A stretch of 64,000 nt of DNA, taken from IMG/VR virus record IMGVR_UViG_3300002835_006866, positions 1 through 64,000 of that record; one strand, 5' to 3'. The notes below the pieces were generated by a model. It saw only the letters and a list, made by a program, of their open reading frames with translations, made no database searches and was not told the origin of the DNA. Origin of the DNA: a virus. Position 1 is the stretch's first letter; the number at the start of each line of letters is the position of its first letter. Both the position numbers and the translations under genes were made by a program. Positions 9,231 through 19,339 of this stretch are shown here, piece after piece.

Positions 9231-10255
9231 TGTTAGGTAATTCACATTTCTATAATCGAACAATCCGCAAAATTGTTGTGGCTTTTGGTTCAATGTTTAA
9301 CGACATTACTCTTGTTCGCTACAATAAAGATGGTACTATTCCTAAAGAATCGTTTAAAGTTCCTTTATCTTACGGACCAAAAGAAAAATATTTAACTAAA
9401 TTAACTTCTGATCCAAATTTAGTTAAGTCAGTTAATACTGTTGTTCCTAGAATATCATTTGAATTGGTTTCTATGGAATATGATCCAACTAGAAAGTTAT
9501 TAACAACAAACCAACACTTTGCTAAAGACACAGCATCATCGTTAAAGACTCAGTATTCTCCTATTCCTTATAACTTCGAATTTAATCTTTCTGTTTATGT
9601 TCGAAACACAGAAGATGGAACACAGATTATAGAACAAATACTTCCGTTTTTTACTCCAGATTTTATCGTTACTGTTGATCTGATATCGTCAATGAATAAG
9701 AAGTATGATATTCCTGTTATTTTAAATTCAGTAACAACAAATGTTGAATACGAAGGTGATAGTTATACCACTAGATTAATTACTTGGGATTTATCTTTTA
9801 CCGTCAAGGGTTATATTTTCCCACCAGTAAAAACTGGCGGTAAAATTATTGGTGCCTACAATGCAAACACTGGTACATATGGATCGGCCAATACAAATAT
9901 TTACATTGATACAAGAGATAGAGATTCTCAAAAGGTATATGTCTGGTTTGCTAACGGTACCGGCGTATTTACCACTGGCGAAACAATTCGAGTAAACAGA
10001 AGAAACCTTTTTGGAGAAATCGTTTATTTCAGTAACTCCAACAATGGAGTTCTTGTTGCAACTGGATTAAATAAACTTTTAGAAGTTGGTGACAAGATTA
10101 CTGGCGACTACTCTAACGCTTCTTTTGTGGTTAAAACTGTAGACAATGCACCAATTAAAGCTTTAGCTGTAGTTACACGGGTTGATCCTCTAACAGCAGA
10201 AATAGATGATGAATTTGGTTTCTCGGAGACCATTACTAACTGGCCTAATACTTGA
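9230..10255 (+). CDS. gp15: Tail sheath stabiliser/terminator gp15
   Basis: FYNRTIRKIVVAFGSMFN, VPLSYGPKEK, QIIEQILPFFTP. Confidence 0.92.
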   Translation: MLGNSHFYNRTIRKIVVAFGSMFNDITLVRYNKDGTIPKESFKVPLSYGPKEKYLTKLTSDPNLVKSVNTVVPRISFELVSMEYDPTRKLLTTNQHFAKDTASSLKTQYSPIPYNFEFNLSVYVRNTEDGTQIIEQILPFFTPDFIVTVDLISSMNKKYDIPVILNSVTTNVEYEGDSYTTRLITWDLSFTVKGYIFPPVKTGGKIIGAYNANTGTYGSANTNIYIDTRDRDSQKVYVWFANGTGVFTTGETIRVNRRNLFGEIVYFSNSNNGVLVATGLNKLLEVGDKITGDYSNASFVVKTVDNAPIKALAVVTRVDPLTAEIDDEFGFSETITNWPNT

Positions 10256-10256
10256 T

Positions 10257-10649
10257 ATGAATAAGTTGAATGAAAAACTATCTGAGGTTCTAGATGTTGA
10301 ACCCATACCCGTAGAAGAACCAGAAGTTTTACCTGCTGTTTTCAATTCGGTTGAAGATGACGCTGAGTATGCCAGAAAGAATATTCGTACTCTGATAGAA
10401 AAAGGTAATCTCGCCGTTGATGGTATTTTGCATGTTGCCAAAGCATCAGATCATCCAAGAGCTTATGAAGTTGCGGCAGGTTTAATTAAAAATCTATCGG
10501 AGTTAAATAAAGATTTGATGGACATCCAGAAAAAGAAACAAGAATTAAATCCACAAGAGAAACAACAAAAGAATGGTATTAGTGTTGACAAGGCAGTTTT
10601 TGTAGGCTCTACTACCGAATTATTTAAACTTTTGAAAAATAGCAAATAA
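10257..10649 (+). CDS. gp16: Terminase small subunit gp16
   Basis: DAEYARKN, HPRAYEV, VFVGSTTEL; start moved to ATG 10257 just after the gp15 stop. Confidence 0.88.
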   Translation: MNKLNEKLSEVLDVEPIPVEEPEVLPAVFNSVEDDAEYARKNIRTLIEKGNLAVDGILHVAKASDHPRAYEVAAGLIKNLSELNKDLMDIQKKKQELNPQEKQQKNGISVDKAVFVGSTTELFKLLKNSK

Positions 10650-10658
10650 GGAATAGAG

Positions 10659-11093
10659 ATGGACACTTTAGTAGAAATGATGCGTAAGGTACTTGCCGAC
10701 ACCTTTGCAATGTACTTGAAGGCACATAACTATCACTGGAATGTGGAAGGCCCAAATTTTCCACAATACCACGAATTTTTTGGAAATCTTTATGAAGAGC
10801 TTCATGGTGCTATAGACCCTATCGCCGAACAGATTCGTGCTTTGGATGCCTATGCACCAGGTTCATTTTCTCGTTACATGGAATTATCCGATATTCAAGA
10901 TGAATTGAATGTTCCTATGGGAATTGAAATGGCAAATAGATTAATGCTTGATAATGAAATTGTTTTAAATAGTTTGAATATGGCATTTAAATTGGCCGAT
11001 CAATTCGATAAACAAGGTTTAGCGGACTTCTTAGCAGGTAGAATAGACGTTCATCACAAACATCGTTGGATGCTTCGTAGTATTACAAAATAA
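10659..11093 (+). CDS. dps: Dps family ferritin-like DNA-protection protein
   Basis: KAHNYHWNVEGPNF..YHEFF..LYEE...D.IAEQIRAL ferroxidase motifs; H.KH.WML. Confidence 0.92.
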   Translation: MDTLVEMMRKVLADTFAMYLKAHNYHWNVEGPNFPQYHEFFGNLYEELHGAIDPIAEQIRALDAYAPGSFSRYMELSDIQDELNVPMGIEMANRLMLDNEIVLNSLNMAFKLADQFDKQGLADFLAGRIDVHHKHRWMLRSITK

Positions 11094-12718
11094 TGAATGA
11101 TATTGGATACCTTGGTAATGCTAACATAAAAAAAGTAGGTGTAGAACTTCAATACACCGAAGAACAAGTAGCAGAAATAATTAAGTGTTCGAAAGACCCG
11201 GTCTATTTCATTAAGACTTATGTAAAGATTGTCAACGTAGATCGTGGTCTGATACCTTTTGAAATGTGGCCTTTTCAAGAAGGCATGGTTCGTGACTTTC
11301 ACGAAAATCGTTTTTGTATCTGTAAGATGCCACGCCAAGTTGGTAAAACTACTACGACAGTAGGTTATATGTTGTGGTCTGTTCTTTTTAACGATGATTA
11401 TAGCATTGCTATTTTAGCAAACAAAGGTTCTCTTGCTCGTGATATTTTAGGGAGAATTCAGTATGCTTATGAATATCTTCCTCTTTGGTTGCAACAAGGT
11501 GTCATTACTTGGAACAAAGGTAATATCGAGTTAGAGAACAAATCAAAAATAGCTGCTTATGCCACATCGGCAGCTGGTGTTCGAGGTGGTTCTTATAACT
11601 TAATTTTCCTTGATGAATTTGCCTTCGTTCCAAAAAACATGGCAGATGAATTCTTCACATCGACCTATCCAGTTATTTCTTCCGGTAAAACCACAAAGGT
11701 TATTATCGTTTCGACTCCTTATGGTTTGAACCATTTTTACAAGATGTGGGTTGATGCTTCAGAAGGCAGATCAACGTATAAACCAATTGAAGTTCATTGG
11801 TCTATGGTTCCAGGTAGAGATCAAGCCTGGAAAGAAGAAACGATTCGAAACACTTCTGAAGAACAGTTTAGACAAGAATTTGAAACCGAATTTATCGGTT
11901 CTTCAGCAACACTTATTTCTGGTGCTAAACTTAGATCATTGGCCTTTCATACTCCAATACATTCTGAAGAAGGTTTGGACATTTACGAACAACCTAAACC
12001 GGGTAGGCTATACATTGGTACTGTAGACTGCTCAGAGGGAGTTGAACAAGATTATTCAACAATTAATATTATTGATGTGTCTGAGGTTCCTTATAGGCAA
12101 GTAGCAAAGTACAGAAACAATAAATTGCCTTTATTGTTTTTTCCTACAATAATATATTCATTATGTAAGAGATATAATGAAGCGTATGCCCTAATCGAAA
12201 CAAATAATGTGGGTCAACAGGTTGTTGATATTCTACACTATGATCTAGAATATGAAAACATCTATAAGTTAGAACATCACCACATTAAAGGTCAAAGTAT
12301 TTCCGCAGGATTCAAAAGATCGACCTCTTTTGGTATTAAAACCACAAAGTCTGTTAAAAAGATTGGTTGTGCTAACTTAAAAACTCTCGTCGAAAATGAT
12401 AAGTTAATCATTTCCGATTTCGATACCATAGCAGAATTGAACACTTTCGTTCGCCAAAGAGACAGTTATATGGCAGAAGAAGGTAATAATGACGATCTGG
12501 TTATGGGATTAGTTCTGTTTTCTTGGTTGGCCGCACAGTCCTATTTCAAAGAAGCTACGAATATTGACATACGCAAGTATATGTTGGAAGAAAATAACAT
12601 GTTAGTTGAAGAAGATTTGACACCAGTTGGAATCATAGACGATGGCCGAAAAGAAGAGTATGTGCATGATGGCTCTGATATTTGGTCTGAAAAGGGTTAT
12701 CTTTCCTCAAATCTGTAA
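11093..12718 (+). CDS. gp17: Terminase large subunit gp17
   Basis: PRQVGKTT Walker A, FLDEFAF Walker B, STPYG, nuclease DCSEGV..DYS and NDDLVM. Confidence 0.96.
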   Translation: MNDIGYLGNANIKKVGVELQYTEEQVAEIIKCSKDPVYFIKTYVKIVNVDRGLIPFEMWPFQEGMVRDFHENRFCICKMPRQVGKTTTTVGYMLWSVLFNDDYSIAILANKGSLARDILGRIQYAYEYLPLWLQQGVITWNKGNIELENKSKIAAYATSAAGVRGGSYNLIFLDEFAFVPKNMADEFFTSTYPVISSGKTTKVIIVSTPYGLNHFYKMWVDASEGRSTYKPIEVHWSMVPGRDQAWKEETIRNTSEEQFRQEFETEFIGSSATLISGAKLRSLAFHTPIHSEEGLDIYEQPKPGRLYIGTVDCSEGVEQDYSTINIIDVSEVPYRQVAKYRNNKLPLLFFPTIIYSLCKRYNEAYALIETNNVGQQVVDILHYDLEYENIYKLEHHHIKGQSISAGFKRSTSFGIKTTKSVKKIGCANLKTLVENDKLIISDFDTIAELNTFVRQRDSYMAEEGNNDDLVMGLVLFSWLAAQSYFKEATNIDIRKYMLEENNMLVEEDLTPVGIIDDGRKEEYVHDGSDIWSEKGYLSSNL

Positions 12719-12739
12719 AAAACTAAATAGATCATTAAT

Positions 12740-12747
12740 TATAAATA
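12740..12747 (+). promoter_or_regulatory. T4-type late promoter TATAAATA upstream of gp18
   Basis: Exact gp55 consensus 30 nt before the start; AAGGAG SD follows. Confidence 0.8.
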
Positions 12748-12777
12748 CAATTGACCCAATAACAAAAGGAGAAATCC

Positions 12778-14691
12778 ATGGCATTTCAGCTATCACCTGG
12801 GGTAAATGTATCAGAGATCGATCTGACTACAATCGTCCCTTCAGTCGCCACTTCCATTGGCGCTTTTGCTGGTCCTTTTGCTTGGGGACCCGTTGGTGAA
12901 GTCACTACCATTTCTGATGAATCCCGTCTTGCGGATAGATTTGGTAAACCAGACAGTACAAATTATGAATACTGGTTCTCAGCAGCAAACTTTCTAGCAT
13001 ACTCAAACAATTTAAAAGTTGTTCGTGCGGCAAATACAACTTCCACATTAAATTCTAGTGCGAACGGCTCTGGAGTTTTAATTAAGAATGAAAGTGATTA
13101 CGCCGAAAACTGGTCAACATCAAATACAACACTAGGCCCAATGACAGCAAAGTGGGCTGGAGCTCTAGGAAATAGTTTAAGAGTTTCGGTCTGCGCTTCT
13201 TCTCAGGCTTTCTCTTCAAACTTGACAGTAACAGACTCTTTAAAGACTAATGTTGTAACTTCTGGCGCCACAGTAATTAATGTTCAAGGTAACGCCAACG
13301 CTGCAGCTAACTTACAGTCTGGCGATCTGATCTCTGTTGACGGTGGTACAACATACATTCGTGTAGCCTCAGTTAATGCAACAGCTATCGTAACAGCCAC
13401 AGCACCAGGAGCTGTAGAAGAAGGCAAAGCAATTCTTCGTAAGTGGCAATATGCTGACAACTTTGGTGTTGCACCAGCAACTTCAGACTTTGTTTCTTCA
13501 GCCGGTGGATCTGGTGACGAAATGCACATTATCGTTATTGACGAAGATGGCAAGTTTTCGAATGGTGTAGCAAACACTGTTCTTGAAAAATTCTCTTTCG
13601 TATCAAAGGCTTTCGACGCTAAGTTTGGTGACGGTTCGACAAACTACTATGTGAATGTTCTAAATGACCGTTCACGTTATGTATGGTGGACTTCACATGT
13701 ACCAGGTAATAGCAACTGGGGTAGCTTATCGGCAGGAACAACTTTCGATGGCGCAAACGGACTAAGAAATCCTTTCTATGCTTCTATGACTGGTGGTGCT
13801 GATGGAACAATTGGCAACTCTCAGATTGTAACTGCATATGATTACTTCGCTAATCCAGACTCAATCGATATTTCACTGATCGTTTCTGGTCCAGGTAATG
13901 CTACAATCGCTACTCATCTGATTTCGAATATCGCTGAAGTGCGTAAAGACTGCATGGTGTTCTTATCGCCAACAAAAGCATCTGTTGTAGATAATGCTGG
14001 TTCTGAATCGGCATCTGTCACAGCTTATCGTGATACACTTACATCATCGTCATACGCTGTAATAGATTCTGGTTATAAGTATCAGTACGACAAATACAAT
14101 GATGTATACCGTTGGGTTCCTCTGAACGGTGACATTGCGGGAACATGTGCTCGTACAGATTTAGAACGTGATCCATGGTTCTCACCTGGTGGTTTCAATC
14201 GTGGTCAAATCAAGAATGTAATTAAACTTTCTTGGAATCCAACAAAAGCGGAACGTGATGATCTGTATGTAAAAGGAATTAACCCTGTATCTACATTCCA
14301 GGGAGAAGGTACTGTTCTGTTTGGTGACAAGACTATGTTAAGTCGCCCATCAGTATTTGACCGTATTAATGTTCGCCGCCTGTTTATTGTTCTTGAAAAG
14401 GCAATTGCTCGTGCAGCTCGTTCTTCACTGTTCGAATTCAACGACCAATTCACAAGAGCACAGTTTGTTAACCTAGTTGAGCCTTATCTGCGTGATGTTC
14501 AAGGTCGTCGTGGTATTACAGACTTCCGTGTTGTCTGCGATGAAAGCAATAACACAGGTGAAGTTATTGATCGCAACGAGTTTGTTGGTGACATCTACAT
14601 CAAACCTGCTCGCTCAATTAACTTCATCCAACTTAACTTCGTTGCAGTACGCACAGGCGTAAGCTTTGAAGAAGTTGTTGGAAGATTCTAA
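12778..14691 (+). CDS. gp18: Tail sheath protein gp18
   Basis: SPGVNVSEIDLT, F.WGPV, PWFSPGG.NRG, FDRINVRRLF, KPARSINFI.LNF. Confidence 0.97.
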   Translation: MAFQLSPGVNVSEIDLTTIVPSVATSIGAFAGPFAWGPVGEVTTISDESRLADRFGKPDSTNYEYWFSAANFLAYSNNLKVVRAANTTSTLNSSANGSGVLIKNESDYAENWSTSNTTLGPMTAKWAGALGNSLRVSVCASSQAFSSNLTVTDSLKTNVVTSGATVINVQGNANAAANLQSGDLISVDGGTTYIRVASVNATAIVTATAPGAVEEGKAILRKWQYADNFGVAPATSDFVSSAGGSGDEMHIIVIDEDGKFSNGVANTVLEKFSFVSKAFDAKFGDGSTNYYVNVLNDRSRYVWWTSHVPGNSNWGSLSAGTTFDGANGLRNPFYASMTGGADGTIGNSQIVTAYDYFANPDSIDISLIVSGPGNATIATHLISNIAEVRKDCMVFLSPTKASVVDNAGSESASVTAYRDTLTSSSYAVIDSGYKYQYDKYNDVYRWVPLNGDIAGTCARTDLERDPWFSPGGFNRGQIKNVIKLSWNPTKAERDDLYVKGINPVSTFQGEGTVLFGDKTMLSRPSVFDRINVRRLFIVLEKAIARAARSSLFEFNDQFTRAQFVNLVEPYLRDVQGRRGITDFRVVCDESNNTGEVIDRNEFVGDIYIKPARSINFIQLNFVAVRTGVSFEEVVGRF

Positions 14692-14717
14692 TAAATAGAG
14701 AAACAGGAGATAATTAA

Positions 14718-15263
14718 ATGGCTTTTAACGTAAACGAATTCCGTTCCCAGATGACTGGGGACGGTGCCCGTCCTAATCTATTTGAAGTTTCGTTGCCGTT
14801 TCCTGCGTTCTCAGCACCAGGAACCGCTCAAACAAAAACAACTTTCATGTGTAAAACAGCTCAACTTCCAGGATCAACCCTGGGAGTTGTACCTGTTCAA
14901 TATTTTGGTAGAGAGTTAAAGTTTGTTGGTAACAGAACTTTCGCCGATTGGACTATCACAATTATTAACGATGAAGATTTTGTCATTCGTAATGCTTTCG
15001 AAAGATGGATGAACGGCATTAACAGTCACAATCTGAATGTTCGAAATCCAGCCGCTCTTCTCCCAAGTGGTTATTCCGTTGACGGAGAAGTTACACAATA
15101 CGGCAAGCAAGGAAATGCAATCAAGAAATATAAATTTGTTGGTTTATTTCCTTCTGATATTACCCCTATTGATGTTGATTGGGGTTCAAACGACACAATC
15201 GAAGAGTTTTCTGTAACGCTTACCTATCAGTGGTGGGAATCCGTTTCAGACGGTGTAGTGTAA
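14718..15263 (+). CDS. gp19: Tail tube protein gp19
   Basis: GARPNLFEV, GRELKF.G.RTFADWT.T, IEEFSVT. Confidence 0.95.
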   Translation: MAFNVNEFRSQMTGDGARPNLFEVSLPFPAFSAPGTAQTKTTFMCKTAQLPGSTLGVVPVQYFGRELKFVGNRTFADWTITIINDEDFVIRNAFERWMNGINSHNLNVRNPAALLPSGYSVDGEVTQYGKQGNAIKKYKFVGLFPSDITPIDVDWGSNDTIEEFSVTLTYQWWESVSDGVV

Positions 15264-15264
15264 T

Positions 15265-15295
15265 AGGGAAAGGCTTCGGCCTTTCCTTAATTTTT
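15265..15295 (+). terminator. cUUCGg hairpin / probable intrinsic terminator after gp19
   Basis: AGGGAAAGGC-TTCG-GCCTTTCCTT followed by AATTTTT. Confidence 0.7.
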
Positions 15296-15309
15296 AGGAT
15301 GAATACTTA

Positions 15310-16968
15310 ATGGCTCTAAAACTATTCGGGTTTACACTCGGCAGTAAAGACATTGCTAAGGAACAACCACCTGAGCAACCATCTTTCACACTTCCAACTA
15401 ACGCTATGGATGATGGTGCTGTCACCATCACCCAAAACGCTTACTATGGAACCTATGTTGATTTAGAAGGTTCCGTCAGAAATGAATTAGAACTCATCAC
15501 ACGATATCGTGAAATGGCTAACCATCCAGAATTGGAAATGGCCATTGATGATATTGTAAATGAGGCAATTACACATGACGTTTCTGGTAGGACAGTTGAC
15601 ATTATCTTAGATAAACTAAAACAACCAGATTCTATTAAGAAAAAAATTCTTGAAGAGTTTGAAAATGTTTTAAAACTTTTAAACTTTAGCAATCTATCGG
15701 ATGACCTATTTAAAAGATGGTATATTGATGGTAGAATTTACTATCAAGTAGTTGTTGATGAAAGTAACCCTAAATCTGGTATTCAAGAATTAAGGTACAT
15801 TGATCCACGTAAAATTCGCAAAATCCGTGAAATTAAGAAGGATAAAGATCCAAGAACTGGCGCCATGGTTATTCAGTCTATTGCTGAATACTATGTGTAC
15901 AATGATCGTGGTACAACCACTCAGATGTACAGCGCTCAAGTATCACAAGGTATAAGAATTGCGCCAGAGTCAATTGTATATGTAACATCTGGTTTAATGG
16001 ATGCTAGAAATACTTTTGTTATTTCTTATCTACACAAAGCAATTAAGCCACTCAATCAATTAAGAATGATCGAAGATGCGGTTGTTATTTACCGTATCTC
16101 AAGAGCACCAGAACGCCGTATTTTCTACATCGACGTAGGTAATTTACCAAAAGGTAAAGCAGAACAATATCTACGTGATATTATGATTAAGTATCGTAAC
16201 AAAATGGTTTACGATGCATCAACAGGTGAACTAAGAGATGATCGTAAGCACATGTCGATGCTTGAAGATTTCTGGTTACCACGCCGTGAAGGTGGTAAAG
16301 GCACAGAAATCACCACACTTCCAGCAGGACAAAACCTTGGCGAAATGGAAGATGTAAAGTATTTTAGAACCAAACTTCTACAGTCACTCAATGTTCCAAT
16401 TTCAAGACTAGAACCACAACAAGGTGGTATGATTGGTCTTGGTAGAACAACTGAAGTTACTAGAGATGAAGTTAAGTTTACTAAGTTTATTATTCGTCTG
16501 CGTAATAAGTTTTCCCAAATTTTCGATCAAGCTTTAAAAACCCAACTTGTATTAAAAGGTATTTGTACCTCTGATGAGTGGGAAGAATTTAAAGAATCGA
16601 TCTATTACGATTATAAGAAAGATAATAACTTTACTGAAATGCGGGATGCAGAATTGCTTACCGCTAGAGTTCAAACTCTACAAACAGTTGATCCTTATAT
16701 TGGCAGATACTATTCTGCGGCTTGGGTCCGTAAAAACATTCTTCAAATGTCCGATGATGTTATACAACAAATGGACAAAGAAATTGCTGAAGAAGAGAAA
16801 AAAGGAACTGGTGGGCCAACAATGCAACCTCCTGGTTCTGAACCGCCAGCTAATCCAGAAGAGTATGCACCAGAGGATAATACGATTGACGACAATTCTA
16901 CCGAAACAAAAACGCCTATGTTAGATGCCGAGGTAGAAAGATATTCATCATTGATAAATAGGAGATAA
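15310..16968 (+). CDS. gp20: Portal protein gp20
   Basis: YRISRAPERRIFYIDVGNLPK.KAEQY, EDFWLPRREGG.GTEI.TLP. Confidence 0.97.
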   Translation: MALKLFGFTLGSKDIAKEQPPEQPSFTLPTNAMDDGAVTITQNAYYGTYVDLEGSVRNELELITRYREMANHPELEMAIDDIVNEAITHDVSGRTVDIILDKLKQPDSIKKKILEEFENVLKLLNFSNLSDDLFKRWYIDGRIYYQVVVDESNPKSGIQELRYIDPRKIRKIREIKKDKDPRTGAMVIQSIAEYYVYNDRGTTTQMYSAQVSQGIRIAPESIVYVTSGLMDARNTFVISYLHKAIKPLNQLRMIEDAVVIYRISRAPERRIFYIDVGNLPKGKAEQYLRDIMIKYRNKMVYDASTGELRDDRKHMSMLEDFWLPRREGGKGTEITTLPAGQNLGEMEDVKYFRTKLLQSLNVPISRLEPQQGGMIGLGRTTEVTRDEVKFTKFIIRLRNKFSQIFDQALKTQLVLKGICTSDEWEEFKESIYYDYKKDNNFTEMRDAELLTARVQTLQTVDPYIGRYYSAAWVRKNILQMSDDVIQQMDKEIAEEEKKGTGGPTMQPPGSEPPANPEEYAPEDNTIDDNSTETKTPMLDAEVERYSSLINRR

Positions 16969-16976
16969 TAAAAATC

Positions 16977-17183
16977 ATGGACACAAGAGCATTTATTGAT
17001 AGTTTAGCTTCTGGCAATGCCGCAGAAGCAAAAGAAACATTGAGCAACTTAATTTCGGCAAAAGCATTTGATGCTTTAGAAGCTAAAAAGGTTGAAATTG
17101 CTCAAAATCTTTTTAGAGACCAAGAACAAGATCAAGAAGATACAGAAGAAGTACAGGGTGAAGAACAGACCGAAGAACAATGA
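16977..17183 (+). CDS. Small acidic prohead core protein (gp67-like)
   Basis: Position after portal, acidic tail, GATAAATA (16953-16960) and AGGAG upstream. Confidence 0.55.
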   Translation: MDTRAFIDSLASGNAAEAKETLSNLISAKAFDALEAKKVEIAQNLFRDQEQDQEDTEEVQGEEQTEEQ

Positions 17184-17857
17184 AATCTTTACTAGAATTT
17201 AAAACTATTGTAGAAGAAGAAAAATCAGACTACTCAAAGTTTGATATTCTAGTACGAGCTGGTTTGGCAAACAAAGCCCAGTTACAAAGAATACATAGAA
17301 TCTTGGACAAAATGCAAGAGGAACGTCCTCAGTTTAATAATGCTGATCGAATGATTCTTCAAAATCTGTTTAATAAAATGGTAGATTTAATTACCTCGAA
17401 TAAGCAGATTTTTCAAAAAACAAGACAAGCGGTTAGAGAAGATGTAGAACTCAATGAGGCTCCAATTGATGGAGATCCTCCTCCAGTTCTTATGTTGAAA
17501 AGAAAATCTATTCGTTTGTATCCAGATAATACAAGAGTAGCTTTGTATTACAATGATAAATTAGATAAATATTTTTCGGTTCCTTATGGACCTAAAGTAG
17601 ATTCTGCTATACAAGCAGAACAAGTGCAGGAGTCTGTAATGGATTCTTTGCACGGTATTGTGAACAATAAACAGGCAAATACAGTTAAGTTTGCTGACGG
17701 TAAAACGGCTAAAGTCGATCACTTTACAGCTTCAGCTATTGTTCAGGTACACAAAGCTCTAAATGACGAAAACAAAAAGAAGTTCGCTGACATGGTTCAT
17801 AAGTCAAAGGACCATTTTGCCAGAGCTTCTGATTTTGCTTTTAGGCACACCAAATGA
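17180..17857 (+). CDS. Hypothetical head-region protein, probable prohead core/internal protein
   Basis: Within the gp20-gp21 interval; N-terminus MKSLLEF..IVEE and internal LNE/VQE resemble gp21 cleavage sites. Confidence 0.5.
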   Translation: MKSLLEFKTIVEEEKSDYSKFDILVRAGLANKAQLQRIHRILDKMQEERPQFNNADRMILQNLFNKMVDLITSNKQIFQKTRQAVREDVELNEAPIDGDPPPVLMLKRKSIRLYPDNTRVALYYNDKLDKYFSVPYGPKVDSAIQAEQVQESVMDSLHGIVNNKQANTVKFADGKTAKVDHFTASAIVQVHKALNDENKKKFADMVHKSKDHFARASDFAFRHTK

Positions 17858-18285
17858 GTTTGGTAGATTTAATTATACAGAATAAACTTGATGAAGCAAA
17901 AGAAAAATTTTTTGCTTTATTAGAACAAAAGATTTCAAAACGCTTAGAAGAAGCTAAGCGTTACGTTGCAGCAGAAATTACTGGCGAAGTTAATGAAGCT
18001 CGTAATACAAACATTATTAAAATGGGCCGAGTTCAAAAGATTCGACGCCGTATTCGCCGCAACAAAAAAGGTAGAATTGTAGTTCAAAAGAATGTCAAGC
18101 GTTCTGGCGTTAAAGGTTATAGAATATCGGGTAATACGATCAAACGAATACCTGCTTCTGTAAGAATACACAAAGCTAGAATGTTAAAGCGTTCTTGGAA
18201 AACAACTAGAAGAGCTAAACTTCGCCGATCATTACTGAAAAGAAAAATGTCAATGCGTAGGCGTTCATCAATGGGACTAAGATAA
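17854..18285 (+). CDS. Prohead core protein, gp68-like, Arg/Lys-rich
   Basis: Position before gp21; C-terminal RR...KRKMSMRRR..GL as in T4-like gp68. Confidence 0.6.
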   Translation: MSLVDLIIQNKLDEAKEKFFALLEQKISKRLEEAKRYVAAEITGEVNEARNTNIIKMGRVQKIRRRIRRNKKGRIVVQKNVKRSGVKGYRISGNTIKRIPASVRIHKARMLKRSWKTTRRAKLRRSLLKRKMSMRRRSSMGLR

Positions 18286-18286
18286 C

Positions 18287-18652
18287 ATGCCACATGAAAT
18301 TGTAAATACGATAAGAGCTAAATCTTTAGTTAGAATTGTTGGTAACTCAGCAACACTAATTACTCTAAGCGATTTAGCCAAAGATTCGAGAGAAAATGTA
18401 CAACAGGCCATGATCGCTCAAGCATCTGGAGTAACTGATGGTGTCTGGAGAATTTATCGAGGCAATAATGCCAGTGGTGAAAAACTCCTAGAACTGCCAT
18501 CCTTTTCACATTTTGTTTTCTACGAATTCGATGCATCGTTGGCCAACAGCTCTACCTCAAATGTATACATAACTAATTCTGGAACAGTAGGCACTTTAAT
18601 ACTTCAACTAGCAAAAGTAGCCAAGTACGATCCTCCTTTAGAAGGAATGTAA
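18287..18652 (+). CDS. Hypothetical protein (head module)
   Basis: 121-aa ORF tightly packed between the core gene and gp21. Confidence 0.6.
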   Translation: MPHEIVNTIRAKSLVRIVGNSATLITLSDLAKDSRENVQQAMIAQASGVTDGVWRIYRGNNASGEKLLELPSFSHFVFYEFDASLANSSTSNVYITNSGTVGTLILQLAKVAKYDPPLEGM

Positions 18653-18653
18653 A

Positions 18654-19304
18654 ATGAAGTTAATCACAGAAACCGTAGAGAATGTAAAGTACATTACCGA
18701 AGCTTCAGAAAACGGTAAAAAGAACCTTTATATTGAAGGAACTTTTTTGGTTGGCGATACAGTCAATCGCAACAACCGCATGTACAGAATGGATACTTTA
18801 CGTAATGAAGTCAACCGTTATAATGAAGAATTTATCAAGACTAATAGAGCACTAGGTGAACTTGGACATCCAGATACACCATCTATTAACTTAGAAAGAG
18901 TTTCTCATAAGATTGTATCTTTATCGGAAGATGGCAATACTTTTTACGGCAAGGCTCTCGTTTTAGATACTCCTTATGGACAGATTGTTAAAAACATGAT
19001 CGATAATGGAGTTAATCTTGGTGTTTCATCTAGAGCTTTAGGTTCTGTTATGCAGACAAAAGAAGGTTATAACTTAGTTCAAGACGACCTCAGACTTGCT
19101 ACAGCGGCAGACATTGTTGCTGATCCTTCGGCTCCTGGCGCCTTTGTAAACGGCATCATGGAAAATAAAGAATGGTTGTTTGTCGAAGGTCGTTTTGTTG
19201 AGGCAGACTTTGACAGAACTAAGAGACAAATAAAGATGGCTTCCAAAAAACAAATAGAGGAAGTAGCTTTAAAATTATTCGAAAACTACCTGCGAAAAAT
19301 TTAA
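18654..19304 (+). CDS. gp21: Prohead protease gp21
   Basis: MKLITE, NRN.R.Y, ALGELGHP, GVSSRALGS, DIVADPSAPGAFV.GIME. Confidence 0.96.
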   Translation: MKLITETVENVKYITEASENGKKNLYIEGTFLVGDTVNRNNRMYRMDTLRNEVNRYNEEFIKTNRALGELGHPDTPSINLERVSHKIVSLSEDGNTFYGKALVLDTPYGQIVKNMIDNGVNLGVSSRALGSVMQTKEGYNLVQDDLRLATAADIVADPSAPGAFVNGIMENKEWLFVEGRFVEADFDRTKRQIKMASKKQIEEVALKLFENYLRKI

Positions 19305-19308
19305 AATT

Positions 19309-19316
19309 TATAAATA
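19309..19316 (+). promoter_or_regulatory. T4-type late promoter TATAAATA upstream of gp22
   Basis: Exact consensus, followed by AAGGAG. Confidence 0.8.
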
Positions 19317-19339
19317 AGAAAATCATAAGGAGATTCCTA

